Part shown: piece by piece, positions 9,642 to 18,376 of the stretch
Numbering within the stretch: the first letter of the stretch is position 1
How the letters are laid out: every line of letters begins with the position of its first letter
DNA from: Ignicoccus hospitalis KIN4/I
GTDB taxonomy: Archaea > Thermoproteota > Thermoprotei_A > Sulfolobales > Ignicoccaceae
Direction: 5' to 3'
NCBI RefSeq assembly: GCF_000017945.1
Contig: NC_009776.1
Coordinates: 1,265,539 to 1,297,538 of the forward strand
Length of the DNA: 32,000 bases
Translations under genes and position numbers: made by a program
The notes under the pieces: model-generated
Databases searched by the model: none
What the model was told of the DNA's origin: nothing
Seen by the model: only the letters and a program-made list of their open reading frames with translations

Positions 9642-10361
9642 TCACCCTTCGCTCGACTTCTTATGGAACCTCGCGTATATCATTGCGTGGTCTTTGTCGA
9701 AGGGGTCTAAGTGCACTATGTCTAGGATCTCGAAGCCCCTGGACTTCAGCACTCCTATCTCCCTCTTGAACACCTCCTCCGGGCTCTTGGTGACGTCAAC
9801 GCTTCTGGCCTTTATTGCCATTAACATGTAGCCTCCATCCTTTAGGAAGAAGTCCGCGTTATCGGCGACTATCTCCGCTTGGTTGGGCTGGGCCACGTCC
9901 GCGTACAGGCCGTCGACCAGCTCCGCCAAGTGACGGTACTCGCGCGGCTTCCTCGCGTCGCCCAGTATGGGGAAGATGTTCTTCCTTATTTCGGCCAAGT
10001 TTACGAACTCCCTCATAACTCTAGGAGCGAACTCTACGCCGTAGAGCCTTCCCTCTTCACCTATAATGTCGGAGATGTGGCTGGGAGTAGTTCCGGTCGC
10101 GGCCCCTAGGTAGAGTATGGAGTCGCCGGGCTTTATCGGAAGCTCTTCCAATCCCTTGACCAAAGCGGCTGCTAACTTTGAACGCTGGACGTTCCACTCG
10201 CGGTACTCCTCGCCTTGCCACTGGAAGAGCTTCTCGCCGTAGACTCTGTGCCCGGGCGTCAAGTTCTTAGTCGCCAAGCGCACGCTGCCATCCTCCAGCT
10301 CTACGACGTACACATTCTTGTATTGAGGGTGTTCGTAAACGTTAACGACCTCTATTGGCAT
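9642..10361 (-). CDS. flpA: Fibrillarin-like rRNA/tRNA 2'-O-methyltransferase
   Basis: [17 protein letters not shown]...[39 protein letters not shown]...[10 protein letters not shown]. Confidence 0.95.
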   Translation of the reverse strand: MPIEVVNVYEHPQYKNVYVVELEDGSVRLATKNLTPGHRVYGEKLFQWQGEEYREWNVQRSKLAAALVKGLEELPIKPGDSILYLGAATGTTPSHISDIIGEEGRLYGVEFAPRVMREFVNLAEIRKNIFPILGDARKPREYRHLAELVDGLYADVAQPNQAEIVADNADFFLKDGGYMLMAIKARSVDVTKSPEEVFKREIGVLKSRGFEILDIVHLDPFDKDHAMIYARFHKKSSEG

Positions 10362-10396
10362 GCCCTTTCTGGCCCCCGCGGAGCTGCCCTCTATGG

Positions 10397-10404
10397 TATA
10401 AAAA
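10397..10404 (-). promoter_or_regulatory. TATA box (TTTTTATA on minus strand) for flpA
   Basis: Centred about 39 nt upstream of the flpA ATG. Confidence 0.4.
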
Positions 10405-10492
10405 CTGCGAGGGCTCTCGAGAGGAGCTCGAGAGATAGGCGTCGTAGGGGAACGGCAAGGCTTGGAGGCTGAGCAAATGCGCGAGGAACGCG

Positions 10493-10569
10493 TGGTGGGG
10501 CCGCGGGGATTTGAACCCCGGACTACCGCCGTGTGAGGGCGGCGTCCTTCCGGGCTAGACGACGGCCCC
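10493..10569 (-). tRNA. tRNA-Val (anticodon CAC), CCA encoded
   Basis: Reverse complement is GGGGCCG-TC-GTCT..GGAC-G-CCGCC-CTCACAC-GGCGG-TAGTC-CGGGG-TTCAAAT-CCCCG-CGGCCCC-A-CCA. Confidence 0.9.
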
Positions 10570-10598
10570 GAACCCCGGTCTGCCAGGACCGGGTACCC

Positions 10599-10606
10599 TT
10601 TTAAAG
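10599..10606 (-). promoter_or_regulatory. TATA box (CTTTAAAA on minus strand) for tRNA-Val
   Basis: Centred about 33 nt upstream of tRNA position 1 (10569). Confidence 0.4.
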
Positions 10607-10652
10607 TTTTGCGTTATGTTAATACGCCTTCCCTCAAGGTGAGCACTAGGAG

Positions 10653-11774
10653 ATGAAGGGCTTGAAGTGGAGTTTGGTGTTCCTCCTAGTATTCTCAGCG
10701 GTTTTAAACGCCGCCACGACGGTTAGCGTCTACTGGCTGGACGAGAAGAACAACGTAATGACCTTCGTAGACGGGTCGAAGGGCTACTACTCGCTCAAGT
10801 TATGTGTCGTGAGCTCCTCGGACGTCAGCGTCCACTTAACCTTAAGGGGCGACGCCTTCGGGGCCCCGAAGTATTACGAAGCCATCTTGAAGACCCAACG
10901 CGGCAAGGCTTGTAAGGACGTCTTACTCTACTTCGGCGAGAGGCCGAGCACGACTGAGAGGTCCTACGACGTGGTTATAAATGCCAACAACGTGAACGGA
11001 ATATATGCCGACGTAGAGGTGAACGGAGTAAAACTCGAGAGGCTTGGCTACCTAAGGGTTCTGAGGCTCGGAGGTTCCGAGCTGACGCGCTGTCTGAAGG
11101 TCAACTCCAACGTTACGTACCCCTTCATCGGGGAGCACGTGAAGTTAGCGGTCTCCAACTCTTGTGGAACCCCGTTGGACGTCACCGTTAAGGTCGACGT
11201 TGAGAACTTCGCCGACTTCGACCTCGCTAGCTTCGTCCTAGCGTCCAACGAGAAGAGGGAGATAAACGTCACGGTTCCCAAACTCGTGGCAGTAAACTTG
11301 CTGGGCCCCTTGGGCGGGCCGGCCGTAGCCGTCCGAGGTCTCTACGTCTCCATCAACGGGACTGCACTGTATTACGTCCCAGTGTACGACTACTTCACCT
11401 ACTACGTTAAGCAGAACGTCAAGTCAGAATGGCGCTCCGGGGGCAGAGCGCTAAAGGCCGTTGGGCCCGGAGAGGTGGTCACGGGCTGTGCGTCGTTGCC
11501 GGAAGTGGTGCCCAGAACTGAGGTTCCCCCGCTGGAAGCCTCCTTAAAGGTTGTGGAGGACTTGAGTTTCGCCCCGGACGAGGTAGTAGCGAAAAAGAAC
11601 TTTGTAATAGATAAGTTGCCGTTCAAAGAGTGTGTGAGCTTCGTTACCGAAAAGAGGTGGAACACTAAGGGTTACAAACTAGTCTTGGAAGTCTCAGAGG
11701 ACGTCGAGGTTATGAGAGGAAAAGTCCCGTTGAGGGTGAGCGTCGAACTAAGCCCGGAGCTCGCCGTACGCTAA
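10653..11774 (+). CDS. Secreted hypothetical protein (Sec-type signal peptide, beta-rich, several Cys and N-x-S/T sequons)
   Basis: MKGLKWSLVFLLVFSAVLNAATT signal-like N-terminus. I recognise no family motif. Confidence 0.6.
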   Translation: MKGLKWSLVFLLVFSAVLNAATTVSVYWLDEKNNVMTFVDGSKGYYSLKLCVVSSSDVSVHLTLRGDAFGAPKYYEAILKTQRGKACKDVLLYFGERPSTTERSYDVVINANNVNGIYADVEVNGVKLERLGYLRVLRLGGSELTRCLKVNSNVTYPFIGEHVKLAVSNSCGTPLDVTVKVDVENFADFDLASFVLASNEKREINVTVPKLVAVNLLGPLGGPAVAVRGLYVSINGTALYYVPVYDYFTYYVKQNVKSEWRSGGRALKAVGPGEVVTGCASLPEVVPRTEVPPLEASLKVVEDLSFAPDEVVAKKNFVIDKLPFKECVSFVTEKRWNTKGYKLVLEVSEDVEVMRGKVPLRVSVELSPELAVR

Positions 11775-11796
11775 TTTTTAAACGCGTCTCGTTTTT
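11775..11796 (+). terminator. Two T5 tracts after the secreted-protein gene; the first (TTTTTAAAC) may also serve as TATA for the next gene
   Basis: T5 at 11775-11779 directly follows the TAA. A second T5 is at 11792-11796. The first is centred about 29 nt upstream of the ATG at 11808. Confidence 0.35.
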
Positions 11797-11807
11797 ACTA
11801 GCCTGCA

Positions 11808-13079
11808 ATGAAGATATACTACGAGACCTACGGCTGCGCAGTGATGCTCGGCGAAGCCGAGAGGGTGCTAGAGGAGCTGAAGAGCAAAGGATACGAAGTT
11901 GTAGGGAGGCCCGAGGAGGCGGACGCGTCCATAATATTTACTTGCACAGTGAGGTCAGAAACCGAACAGAGGATGGCATGGCGCATAAAGGAGCTTTGCA
12001 AGGCTAGCAAGAAGTTGATCGTGACTGGCTGCCTCGCCAGCGCCCAACCGGGACTAGTGAAGATGGTCTGTCCCAGGGCGTCCATCGTCTCTAACTCTTC
12101 GTTACACGAAATTGAGCTTGCCTTAAAGGGGGAGAAGAAGTACCTACTCAAGGGGCAGAGGCCCAGGGACTGGCTCAAGGGCGTAACGCCCGGCGGCTTT
12201 AGGGTAGTAATCCCCATCGCCGACGGCTGCTTGGGCAATTGTACTTTCTGTATAACCAAAGTGGCCAGGCCGCGGCTTGTAAGCCAAAGGCCAGACTCCA
12301 TAATCGAATACGCGCTCAAGGGCGTCAAGAGGGGCGCCAAGGAGATCTGGTTGACGGCGCCGGACGTAGCGGCCTACGGCAAGGAGATCGGTTTAGAATT
12401 GCCAGATCTGTTAGAGAAATTGTTGAAAGTCTTGCCGGAAAATGTATACGTCAGGGTAGGCATGATGAGTCCAGACACCTTTCGCGAGGTAATGGATAGA
12501 ACTATAGACGTCATGAGGGATCCAAGAGTCTTCAAGTTCTTTCACTTACCGCTCCAGAGCGCCAGCGACAAGGTGTTGAGGTTAATGGGAAGGAGGTATA
12601 CGTACTCGGAGTTTGTAGAGATAGTCAACAAGGTGAGAAAGGCCTTCAACGACCCCACTATAGCCACTGACGTCATGGTCGGCTTCCCCGGCGAGGAAGA
12701 GGACGATTTCGAGTTGACGCTTAAGGCGTTGAGGGAGTTGGCCTTCGAGAGGGTTCACCTAGCCGCCTATACTCCGAGGCCCCTAACCTTGGGGGCCCGG
12801 ATGCCCCAAGTAAGGGAGGACGTTAAGTCCAGGCGCGTTAAGAGGGCCATGAACGTGATAGAGGCCGTAGGCGTTGAGGTTCACAAGAGGTACGTCGGCG
12901 GGAAGTTTAAGGCATTTGTGGACGAGTACGACCAGAAGCACGGGACCTTTGTGGCGAGGCTCTGGAACTACACGCCGGTGGTCCTAAGGGAGGAGAGCTC
13001 CTTAGGGGAAGAGATAGTAGTTAAAATTGAAGGCGCCACGTTCTACGACCTAAGGGGTACCGTTTGGTCAGTAAGCTAG
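11808..13079 (+). CDS. Radical-SAM methylthiotransferase, MiaB/RimO family (archaeal MtaB/CDKAL1-like, t6A37 methylthiolation)
   Basis: It has an MTTase N-domain (KIYYETYGCAVMLGEAE...IIFTCTV), a radical-SAM CLGNCTFC and a C-terminal TRAM-like region. Confidence 0.85.
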   Translation: MKIYYETYGCAVMLGEAERVLEELKSKGYEVVGRPEEADASIIFTCTVRSETEQRMAWRIKELCKASKKLIVTGCLASAQPGLVKMVCPRASIVSNSSLHEIELALKGEKKYLLKGQRPRDWLKGVTPGGFRVVIPIADGCLGNCTFCITKVARPRLVSQRPDSIIEYALKGVKRGAKEIWLTAPDVAAYGKEIGLELPDLLEKLLKVLPENVYVRVGMMSPDTFREVMDRTIDVMRDPRVFKFFHLPLQSASDKVLRLMGRRYTYSEFVEIVNKVRKAFNDPTIATDVMVGFPGEEEDDFELTLKALRELAFERVHLAAYTPRPLTLGARMPQVREDVKSRRVKRAMNVIEAVGVEVHKRYVGGKFKAFVDEYDQKHGTFVARLWNYTPVVLREESSLGEEIVVKIEGATFYDLRGTVWSVS

Positions 13080-13579
13080 CGGCTTGGGCGATAGCGCATT
13101 TCATAGTGGTAGCATTCATAATAGTTCACGTTACGTGTCGGACGAACGCGTACGTACTCAGAACACACTTGTTAGAGTTAGCCCCGCTCGCGCTCCTATC
13201 TCTCCTCATTCCGAGACGATATAAGGACTACTATTTCGTATTCCTGCTCTACTACTTCTTAACGACCTCATTAACATTCAATAATTGGATCGTCGCTCTG
13301 CCGAACTACATGGCGAGAGAAAACGTAGTGTGGGGCCTTACTGCGCTCGCGTTTGCGTTCATATCTCTCGTTTTCGGTAGGAGCTTAAGAAAGGCGCTTA
13401 TGTTGGGCTCCTTCCTCTCGGGCGTAGCTTACTACTTTATCAAGGACGGTTTGTTATTAGTATTACACTTATCGTTCGCGCTTTCTTTTATCATAGCGCT
13501 CTTTGCTGACCTCCACTTTATTGTCTGGTCGGTTAATTATATCACCTACGCGCTCAGACGCCTCCAGGGAACTGTATGA
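13064..13579 (+). CDS. Hypothetical polytopic membrane protein
   Basis: 171 aa with about 5 hydrophobic helices. It overlaps both neighbours, suggesting translational coupling. No recognised motif. Confidence 0.5.
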   Translation: MVSKLAAWAIAHFIVVAFIIVHVTCRTNAYVLRTHLLELAPLALLSLLIPRRYKDYYFVFLLYYFLTTSLTFNNWIVALPNYMARENVVWGLTALAFAFISLVFGRSLRKALMLGSFLSGVAYYFIKDGLLLVLHLSFALSFIIALFADLHFIVWSVNYITYALRRLQGTV

Positions 13580-14625
13580 TAGAACTCCTCTTCGCGTTGG
13601 CGTGTAGCAACGTCAGCGTCGGCGCAAGTCTCCCTTCTCCCTTCGTACAAGCGGTTCTGAAGGACTACTCCAACTATACTTTAGTGATATACGGCATTGA
13701 TGAAGGCATTCCTTGTATTAAGTTGAGGACGTTCCTCAGCGACCTCTCAGAGCTATACGGCTTCAAAGTTGTTTGGGTTTCCGTGAGCAAAGGAGTGCCG
13801 AAAAACGCGACGGCAGTAAGTGTAGCCGAGGACTTCGGCTTACCTTACGTCCCGATAACGGGGGTTTACTGCGGGAGAAAGTTGGTTGCGGTCGTAGTGG
13901 GGGACGTAGAGAACTCGACGTTCTGGTTGGAGGAGGTCATGAAGTGTACGAACGTGACTAGGGTTTACGAAGGTCAGAAGCTCTTGGGCACGTGGAGGCC
14001 CTCCGCCCGCGCGCTTAACGGCCCCGTCCTCATCTTGGCTTTGGTGGACTCCCTAAACCCCGTGGGACTCATGGTCTTCACGTTCTATATCCTGGCTTGC
14101 AAGAACGTGAAGAAGAGGTGTTCTTGGGACGCCTTGGCGTTCGTCGTTGCCTATACGTTTACACACGTCGCGCTCGGCGTCGCGCTCTCCCTCGTGCCGG
14201 CCTCGCCGTATTACCCCGTCATAGGGGCGATCGTGAGCTTAATGGTAATAGTATCTTCAATTAAACCGAACAAGAAGATAAGGTCGTTGACCGCTTGGGC
14301 GTCGTCAACGCTCAACTCTCTAGTCCTCAAGAGGGCTTCGCCGGCAGTCTTAGGCCTTCTGGCCGGGAGCGTGGGGACCTCGCCTTGCGTGCTGGGAGCC
14401 TTCTTGAGCGCGGCCTCTCTAATAGGCAACAACTTGATTATGTGGGGTGCATACGCGATGATATATGCCGCCGCGCCGACGGTGATATTCATCATAGTTA
14501 ACCGGGGTAAAGTTGTAGATCCCAGGAAAGTGGTACTCCCGTTGGCCACAATATCGTTGCTAATATCGGTCTACCTCGCAGCGGTCAACTTGGGTTTCGT
14601 TAGCTTTACCTTAACGCTACGCTAA
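13576..14625 (+). CDS. Membrane protein: N-terminal thioredoxin-fold-like domain fused to a CcdA/DsbD-like transmembrane domain
   Basis: LVIYGIDEGIPCIKLRTFL...FGLPYVPITG resembles a glutaredoxin/thioredoxin fold. The TM region carries LVDSLNPVGLMVF and GTSPCVLGAF, which resemble the two CcdA/DsbD TM motifs. Confidence 0.5.
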   Translation: MIELLFALACSNVSVGASLPSPFVQAVLKDYSNYTLVIYGIDEGIPCIKLRTFLSDLSELYGFKVVWVSVSKGVPKNATAVSVAEDFGLPYVPITGVYCGRKLVAVVVGDVENSTFWLEEVMKCTNVTRVYEGQKLLGTWRPSARALNGPVLILALVDSLNPVGLMVFTFYILACKNVKKRCSWDALAFVVAYTFTHVALGVALSLVPASPYYPVIGAIVSLMVIVSSIKPNKKIRSLTAWASSTLNSLVLKRASPAVLGLLAGSVGTSPCVLGAFLSAASLIGNNLIMWGAYAMIYAAAPTVIFIIVNRGKVVDPRKVVLPLATISLLISVYLAAVNLGFVSFTLTLR

Positions 14626-15423
14626 GACCTCGGGGACCTCTTCCTTTAGCAGCTCCTTCACCGCCCTAGCGACGCCCCTTATTTCCCACTGGGCCTTAGG
14701 GTGGTCCCTCAGCTCTATTATGTGGAGCCACTCCCTCAAGTTAGCGGTAACCAACATTGACGTCCTTATAGCTTGAGGGAGCAAGAAGCGACAGTCCTCC
14801 ATGGGAGCGGAGGAGCGACACAAGGCGTAGGAGTAGAGGGAGTGCATCATTGAGAGTACGGCAGTCGCCCTCTCTACGCTCTCCGGTATAACGAACAGCT
14901 CTCCTACTATCTCCTCTAACTTTTTAGACAATTCTTTACAGCCTATACCTCTTTCTTCTAAATCCTTTATAATTAACCTCTCTTCAAACTCACTTAAGTC
15001 TTGCGAACTCGCGTTTAATACCTTAATTATTTCGTCCCACCCCAACTCTTTTCCGAAAGCTTTTTTGAAGGCTTTCAATATCCTGACTTCCGAGTAGCGC
15101 TGGCTCTCTTGGGTCACGCTCAGCAGCCGGTGGCGCACTAGCTGGTGAGAGCAAACCCTGGAACACCCCTCAATGAAAAACGTGAAGACCGAATGTTCCA
15201 ACACGCTCGGGAAGGAGTCCTTCGCCTCCTTGAGCCAGTTGCTCCAACCCTCTTTCCACTCGCTCTTAAGGTAGTATTCAATACCCTTCTCTTGAGCCTT
15301 CCCCGTAGAGACCTTCACGGCCAACAGAGGTAGCCTCCTCGGATCGTCGAAGTTCTTAGCGACCAAACACACAACAGTCCTCTCGTCTGAATGAGAGGCC
15401 TTACATCGGACGCGGTTTGCCAT
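14617..15423 (-). CDS. thyX: Flavin-dependent thymidylate synthase
   Basis: The ThyX signature is present: SVLEHSVFTFFIEGCSRVCSHQLVRHRLLSVTQESQRYS (RHRxxSxxxxSxR). Confidence 0.9.
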   Translation of the reverse strand: MANRVRCKASHSDERTVVCLVAKNFDDPRRLPLLAVKVSTGKAQEKGIEYYLKSEWKEGWSNWLKEAKDSFPSVLEHSVFTFFIEGCSRVCSHQLVRHRLLSVTQESQRYSEVRILKAFKKAFGKELGWDEIIKVLNASSQDLSEFEERLIIKDLEERGIGCKELSKKLEEIVGELFVIPESVERATAVLSMMHSLYSYALCRSSAPMEDCRFLLPQAIRTSMLVTANLREWLHIIELRDHPKAQWEIRGVARAVKELLKEEVPEVLA

Positions 15424-15446
15424 GGCTTCAGAACCCCATCCTAATT

Positions 15447-15455
15447 GTTATAAAG
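15447..15455. promoter_or_regulatory. Near-palindromic TATA element (GTTATAAAG) shared by divergent thyX and the zinc-ribbon operon
   Basis: About 28 nt upstream of the thyX ATG (15423), which would make thyX leaderless. It is also upstream of the plus-strand ORFs. Confidence 0.4.
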
Positions 15456-15501
15456 TCTTTTGAGGGTCACGGCGCCGGGGAGCACAGTGTCGTACGGCGG
15501 G

Positions 15502-15720
15502 ATGTACGGGGTCAACGCCCAAGGGCATAAGGGCTGGATTACTGTTAGGTGTGCTATACACGCCCGCTACGCCGACGTGAGCAAGGAGCCCGTGTACAAG
15601 TGTCCTAAGTGTACTCCGAAGTACAACGTTTACTTCTGTGCCGAAGAGTACAGGGAGCTGGGCGGAAGGTGTCCCTACTGCAGGACCAAGCTCGTTCCAG
15701 TAATTTCCCTCAATGAGTGA
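15502..15720 (+). CDS. Small zinc-ribbon protein (CxxC...CxxC), function unknown
   Basis: KCPKCTPKYNVYFCAEEYRELGGRCPYCRTKL. I prefer ATG 15502 given the TATA position. The ORF track starts at GTG 15460. Confidence 0.5.
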   Translation: MYGVNAQGHKGWITVRCAIHARYADVSKEPVYKCPKCTPKYNVYFCAEEYRELGGRCPYCRTKLVPVISLNE

Positions 15721-16025
15721 GAGCATTGAAGAAGTTTTTATGTAACGACCACTGGAGGGTCCTCGTCCTAGAAGGGAACGACTGTAACTTAGTGGTAGTA
15801 GACGTCTATAAGAGGGGGGCGCGCGGTCAACCGATAATCCAAGGACCTCCGGACCTCCTCTCCGAAAGGCTCGAAGGCGCAGAGGTCCAAGCGATTATGG
15901 GAGAAGCCATCTTTGTTAAGTTCTGTGTCGAAAAAGTGGGGAGGCCGGAGGAGTATTTCTTGAAGGCCCGCGAGCTCCTAGGTCTTGAAGCCCCTCAGCC
16001 AGTATGCGTCGAGGAAGAGCCTTGA
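15717..16025 (+). CDS. Hypothetical protein (102 aa)
   Basis: The GTG start overlaps the upstream stop (GTGA). No recognised motif. Confidence 0.45.
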   Translation: MRALKKFLCNDHWRVLVLEGNDCNLVVVDVYKRGARGQPIIQGPPDLLSERLEGAEVQAIMGEAIFVKFCVEKVGRPEEYFLKARELLGLEAPQPVCVEEEP

Positions 16026-16477
16026 TTTGTGAGGTCTTAGCGGCCGCGGCACTGGTGACGGCGCTCGTAGCGCTCTACAAGGCTAACGACGTTGAGATAG
16101 AGGTAATAGAAAAGAAACTTGCCAAGAAGAGGGCCAAGAAGATAAGGAGGTACGTTTTAGTGCTCGTGTTATCCGAGAGACCTGAGGAGGTTGAGGAGGG
16201 CTGCGTGGAGGGCGCAGTGATAGAGTCGTTAAAGAGGGCCTATGGGACCATCGGCTTGGCTCTGACCGACCCCAAGTTGGCTTACTTCGACCCGGACCTC
16301 AAGGTGGCCATATTTAGGACGACTCTAGAAGGGGTCAAACTACTCTCCTCGTCCCTCTTGTACGTGGAAGAGGCGTGTGGAACTAAAGTAAACTTGATCT
16401 CACTCAGAGCCTTCGGGACCCTCGCCAGCGCCCGGGAGAAACTCCCTAAACTTGGAAAGTATGTCAAAAACCTCTAG
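16004..16477 (+). CDS. RNase P protein component Pop5/Rpp14-like, with a hydrophobic N-terminal extension
   Basis: KKIRRYVLVLVLSE...AVIESLKRAYGTIGLALTDPKLAYFDPDLKVAIFRTTLEGVKLLSSSL...KVNLISLRAFGTLASAREKL parallels, from memory, the archaeal Pop5 pattern (KKRYIAF..., ...GIVRC..., ...GTIK). Confidence 0.55.
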   Translation: MRRGRALICEVLAAAALVTALVALYKANDVEIEVIEKKLAKKRAKKIRRYVLVLVLSERPEEVEEGCVEGAVIESLKRAYGTIGLALTDPKLAYFDPDLKVAIFRTTLEGVKLLSSSLLYVEEACGTKVNLISLRAFGTLASAREKLPKLGKYVKNL

Positions 16478-16753
16478 GAGGGACTCCACCTCATTCAAGC
16501 CCTTTTGCGTGAGCTCCACCACTACTCTGGGCCTCCCTTCCCCTAACTCCTTCTTTATATTGACCAGCCCCTCCTTCCTCAGCTTCTCCAAGTGCGACCA
16601 CGCGTTGCCCGGCGTGAGCCCCAAGTCCTCGTAAAGTTCCTTAAAGGTCACCGACCCCCTGCTGAGCAAGTATACCATTATAGCTATTTTCGTCAAGTTC
16701 AGCTTCTTATTTACTAATTCCCTTATTATGTCCATATCCTTTATTCTCGACAC
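16400..16753 (-). CDS. Winged-helix transcriptional regulator (ArsR superfamily, HTH_34-like)
   Basis: VTFKELYEDLGLTPGNAWSHLEKLRKEGLVNIKKELGEGRPRVVVELTQKGLNEV. Confidence 0.75.
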   Translation of the reverse strand: MSRIKDMDIIRELVNKKLNLTKIAIMVYLLSRGSVTFKELYEDLGLTPGNAWSHLEKLRKEGLVNIKKELGEGRPRVVVELTQKGLNEVESLLEVFDILSKFREFLPGAGEGPEGSE

Positions 16754-17336
16754 ATTTTTCAGCCTCCTCTAAGTTTATCAACACTTCGAAGAGGGTACTC
16801 ACGCTGTACGAGATAGAAAGAGTAACCGGAATTACAATGGGGTTGGTGGCTACGCTCAACATGCTCAAGCTTGCCAAAACTACCCCGCTTACTGCCTTTT
16901 CCCGCCTCATCATAAGTATTTTGATGAGCGAGATCAAGAAGAAGGGGATCGCCATAGTGGCGTAGGGTAGGCCGGGCCAAACGGGCGCCGCCAGCGTAAC
17001 CGCCGCCATCACGGGGAACAACAAGAAGTCCGGCGCCCGCGAGTCGCCCTCCCTGAGGCTAGCGATCTTAAATGTATACTTAAACGTCTTCTTAAACGTG
17101 TAAAACATAATTATGCTAAAGAATAACAACAACGTCATGAGTAATGCAGAGCCAACCTTGTAGTCCGAAACGAAAACGCTTGGGAAGAGCGCAGCGGTAA
17201 GGGCCGTCAGGGTTCCCCCTAAAGACAGCGTCAAGGAACTGAGGGCCTTAGCCAAGTAGGAGTTTCGACACGAGCTTATGTCTCTGAGTATCTCTGCGAC
17301 CCTCTCTAGCGCCTTCAGCCCCTCGTCGTCACTCAA
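16707..17336 (-). CDS. Hypothetical polytopic membrane protein (209 aa)
   Basis: The TTG start overlaps the upstream stop (TTGA). About 5 hydrophobic helices. No recognised motif. Confidence 0.55.
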   Translation of the reverse strand: MSDDEGLKALERVAEILRDISSCRNSYLAKALSSLTLSLGGTLTALTAALFPSVFVSDYKVGSALLMTLLLFFSIIMFYTFKKTFKYTFKIASLREGDSRAPDFLLFPVMAAVTLAAPVWPGLPYATMAIPFFLISLIKILMMRREKAVSGVVLASLSMLSVATNPIVIPVTLSISYSVSTLFEVLINLEEAEKCVENKGYGHNKGISK

Positions 17337-18334
17337 GCCAACAGCCTCCGTAGAGGCCCCAGCGGCGCCGAGTATTCAAGGATAGCCCTCCCGAGCTTGG
17401 CGAAGGCTGCCATAACCTTGTCGACGAGTGTGGCGGGCACATCTATGTTCCTAGACCTCATGAAGTAGGCAGAGGTGACCCCTGCCGCGTAAGCCACTGA
17501 AGTGAGCGGCTCCCCTAGCTTGTTCATTGAAACAGCGTAGGCCACGAAGGGGGAGATCGCCGCCATGATTTCCCTCCGGCGCCGGGGGTCTAAGGCCGTA
17601 TGCACTCTGATCGCAGTATAAGCCGCGAGGATCACCAGCATGGTGACGTAAACGTAAGCCGCCTCCTTCCCGAGAACCTTTGCCAACAGTCGCGCCGTGA
17701 GGGGAAGCTTCGACACCTCCCCGCTGACCGCGTACTCTTGAAGAAGCAACCAGTGGGGTAAGATCAAGTTTTTGAGTATGTTAATGAACGCGAAGGCCCA
17801 AGCGACAATTATGATGACTATTGATATTAGTTTATTTAGTACAGCGAGTTTGCCCTTTAGAGACGGGGGTTTTGTCATTAAACCTATGATATACATAGTG
17901 AGGGGGCCCATTAAGGCCTCTGCCGTTGCCGCCAAGGCCGCCAAGGCGGGCCAGGCGAACAAGTACCTAACGAAGCAACCCCGCTCGCTCCCGCAACCCT
18001 CTACCAAGAGGGCGCGCGCCTTTGTTGGCGAAAGCACAACTAACAACGTCTTAATCCCTTCCTTAACGTTTTGGAAGAACGCCAACACTCCCAACGCCAT
18101 TGAGACAACGAAGGCTCCCACGAAGGTAAGTGGGCCCGGCACGAATGCTATCCAGAACAGCGCCACCCCGCTTAGGACGGCAAGCCGCGCCCCCTTGCTG
18201 AGCCCCTCTAGCCACGCCCTAAGCCCGGCGAAGTACAAGTAGTCGAAGAAGAGAACTAGAGGTATAAACATAAGGAACGACGTTTCTATTATAATACCTG
18301 ATACCAAGGCTTCCACGCTCAGCTGCGAGCACAA
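17333..18334 (-). CDS. Hypothetical polytopic membrane protein (333 aa)
   Basis: About 8 hydrophobic helices. No recognised motif. Confidence 0.6.
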   Translation of the reverse strand: MCSQLSVEALVSGIIIETSFLMFIPLVLFFDYLYFAGLRAWLEGLSKGARLAVLSGVALFWIAFVPGPLTFVGAFVVSMALGVLAFFQNVKEGIKTLLVVLSPTKARALLVEGCGSERGCFVRYLFAWPALAALAATAEALMGPLTMYIIGLMTKPPSLKGKLAVLNKLISIVIIIVAWAFAFINILKNLILPHWLLLQEYAVSGEVSKLPLTARLLAKVLGKEAAYVYVTMLVILAAYTAIRVHTALDPRRRREIMAAISPFVAYAVSMNKLGEPLTSVAYAAGVTSAYFMRSRNIDVPATLVDKVMAAFAKLGRAILEYSAPLGPLRRLLA

Positions 18335-18376
18335 ATCTTCACAGCGGCCGAAGCCGCTCGGCTCCCGGATTCCTCT

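Noticed and set aside
10653-10730. MKG-L... N-terminus as a class III (prepilin-type) signal peptide, a possible substrate for the A24 peptidase at 369-1160.
   Set aside because: The pre-peptide would be only 3 residues. The sequence fits an ordinary Sec signal better, with n-region, h-region and LNA-A cleavage site. The peptidase gene is 9 kb away.
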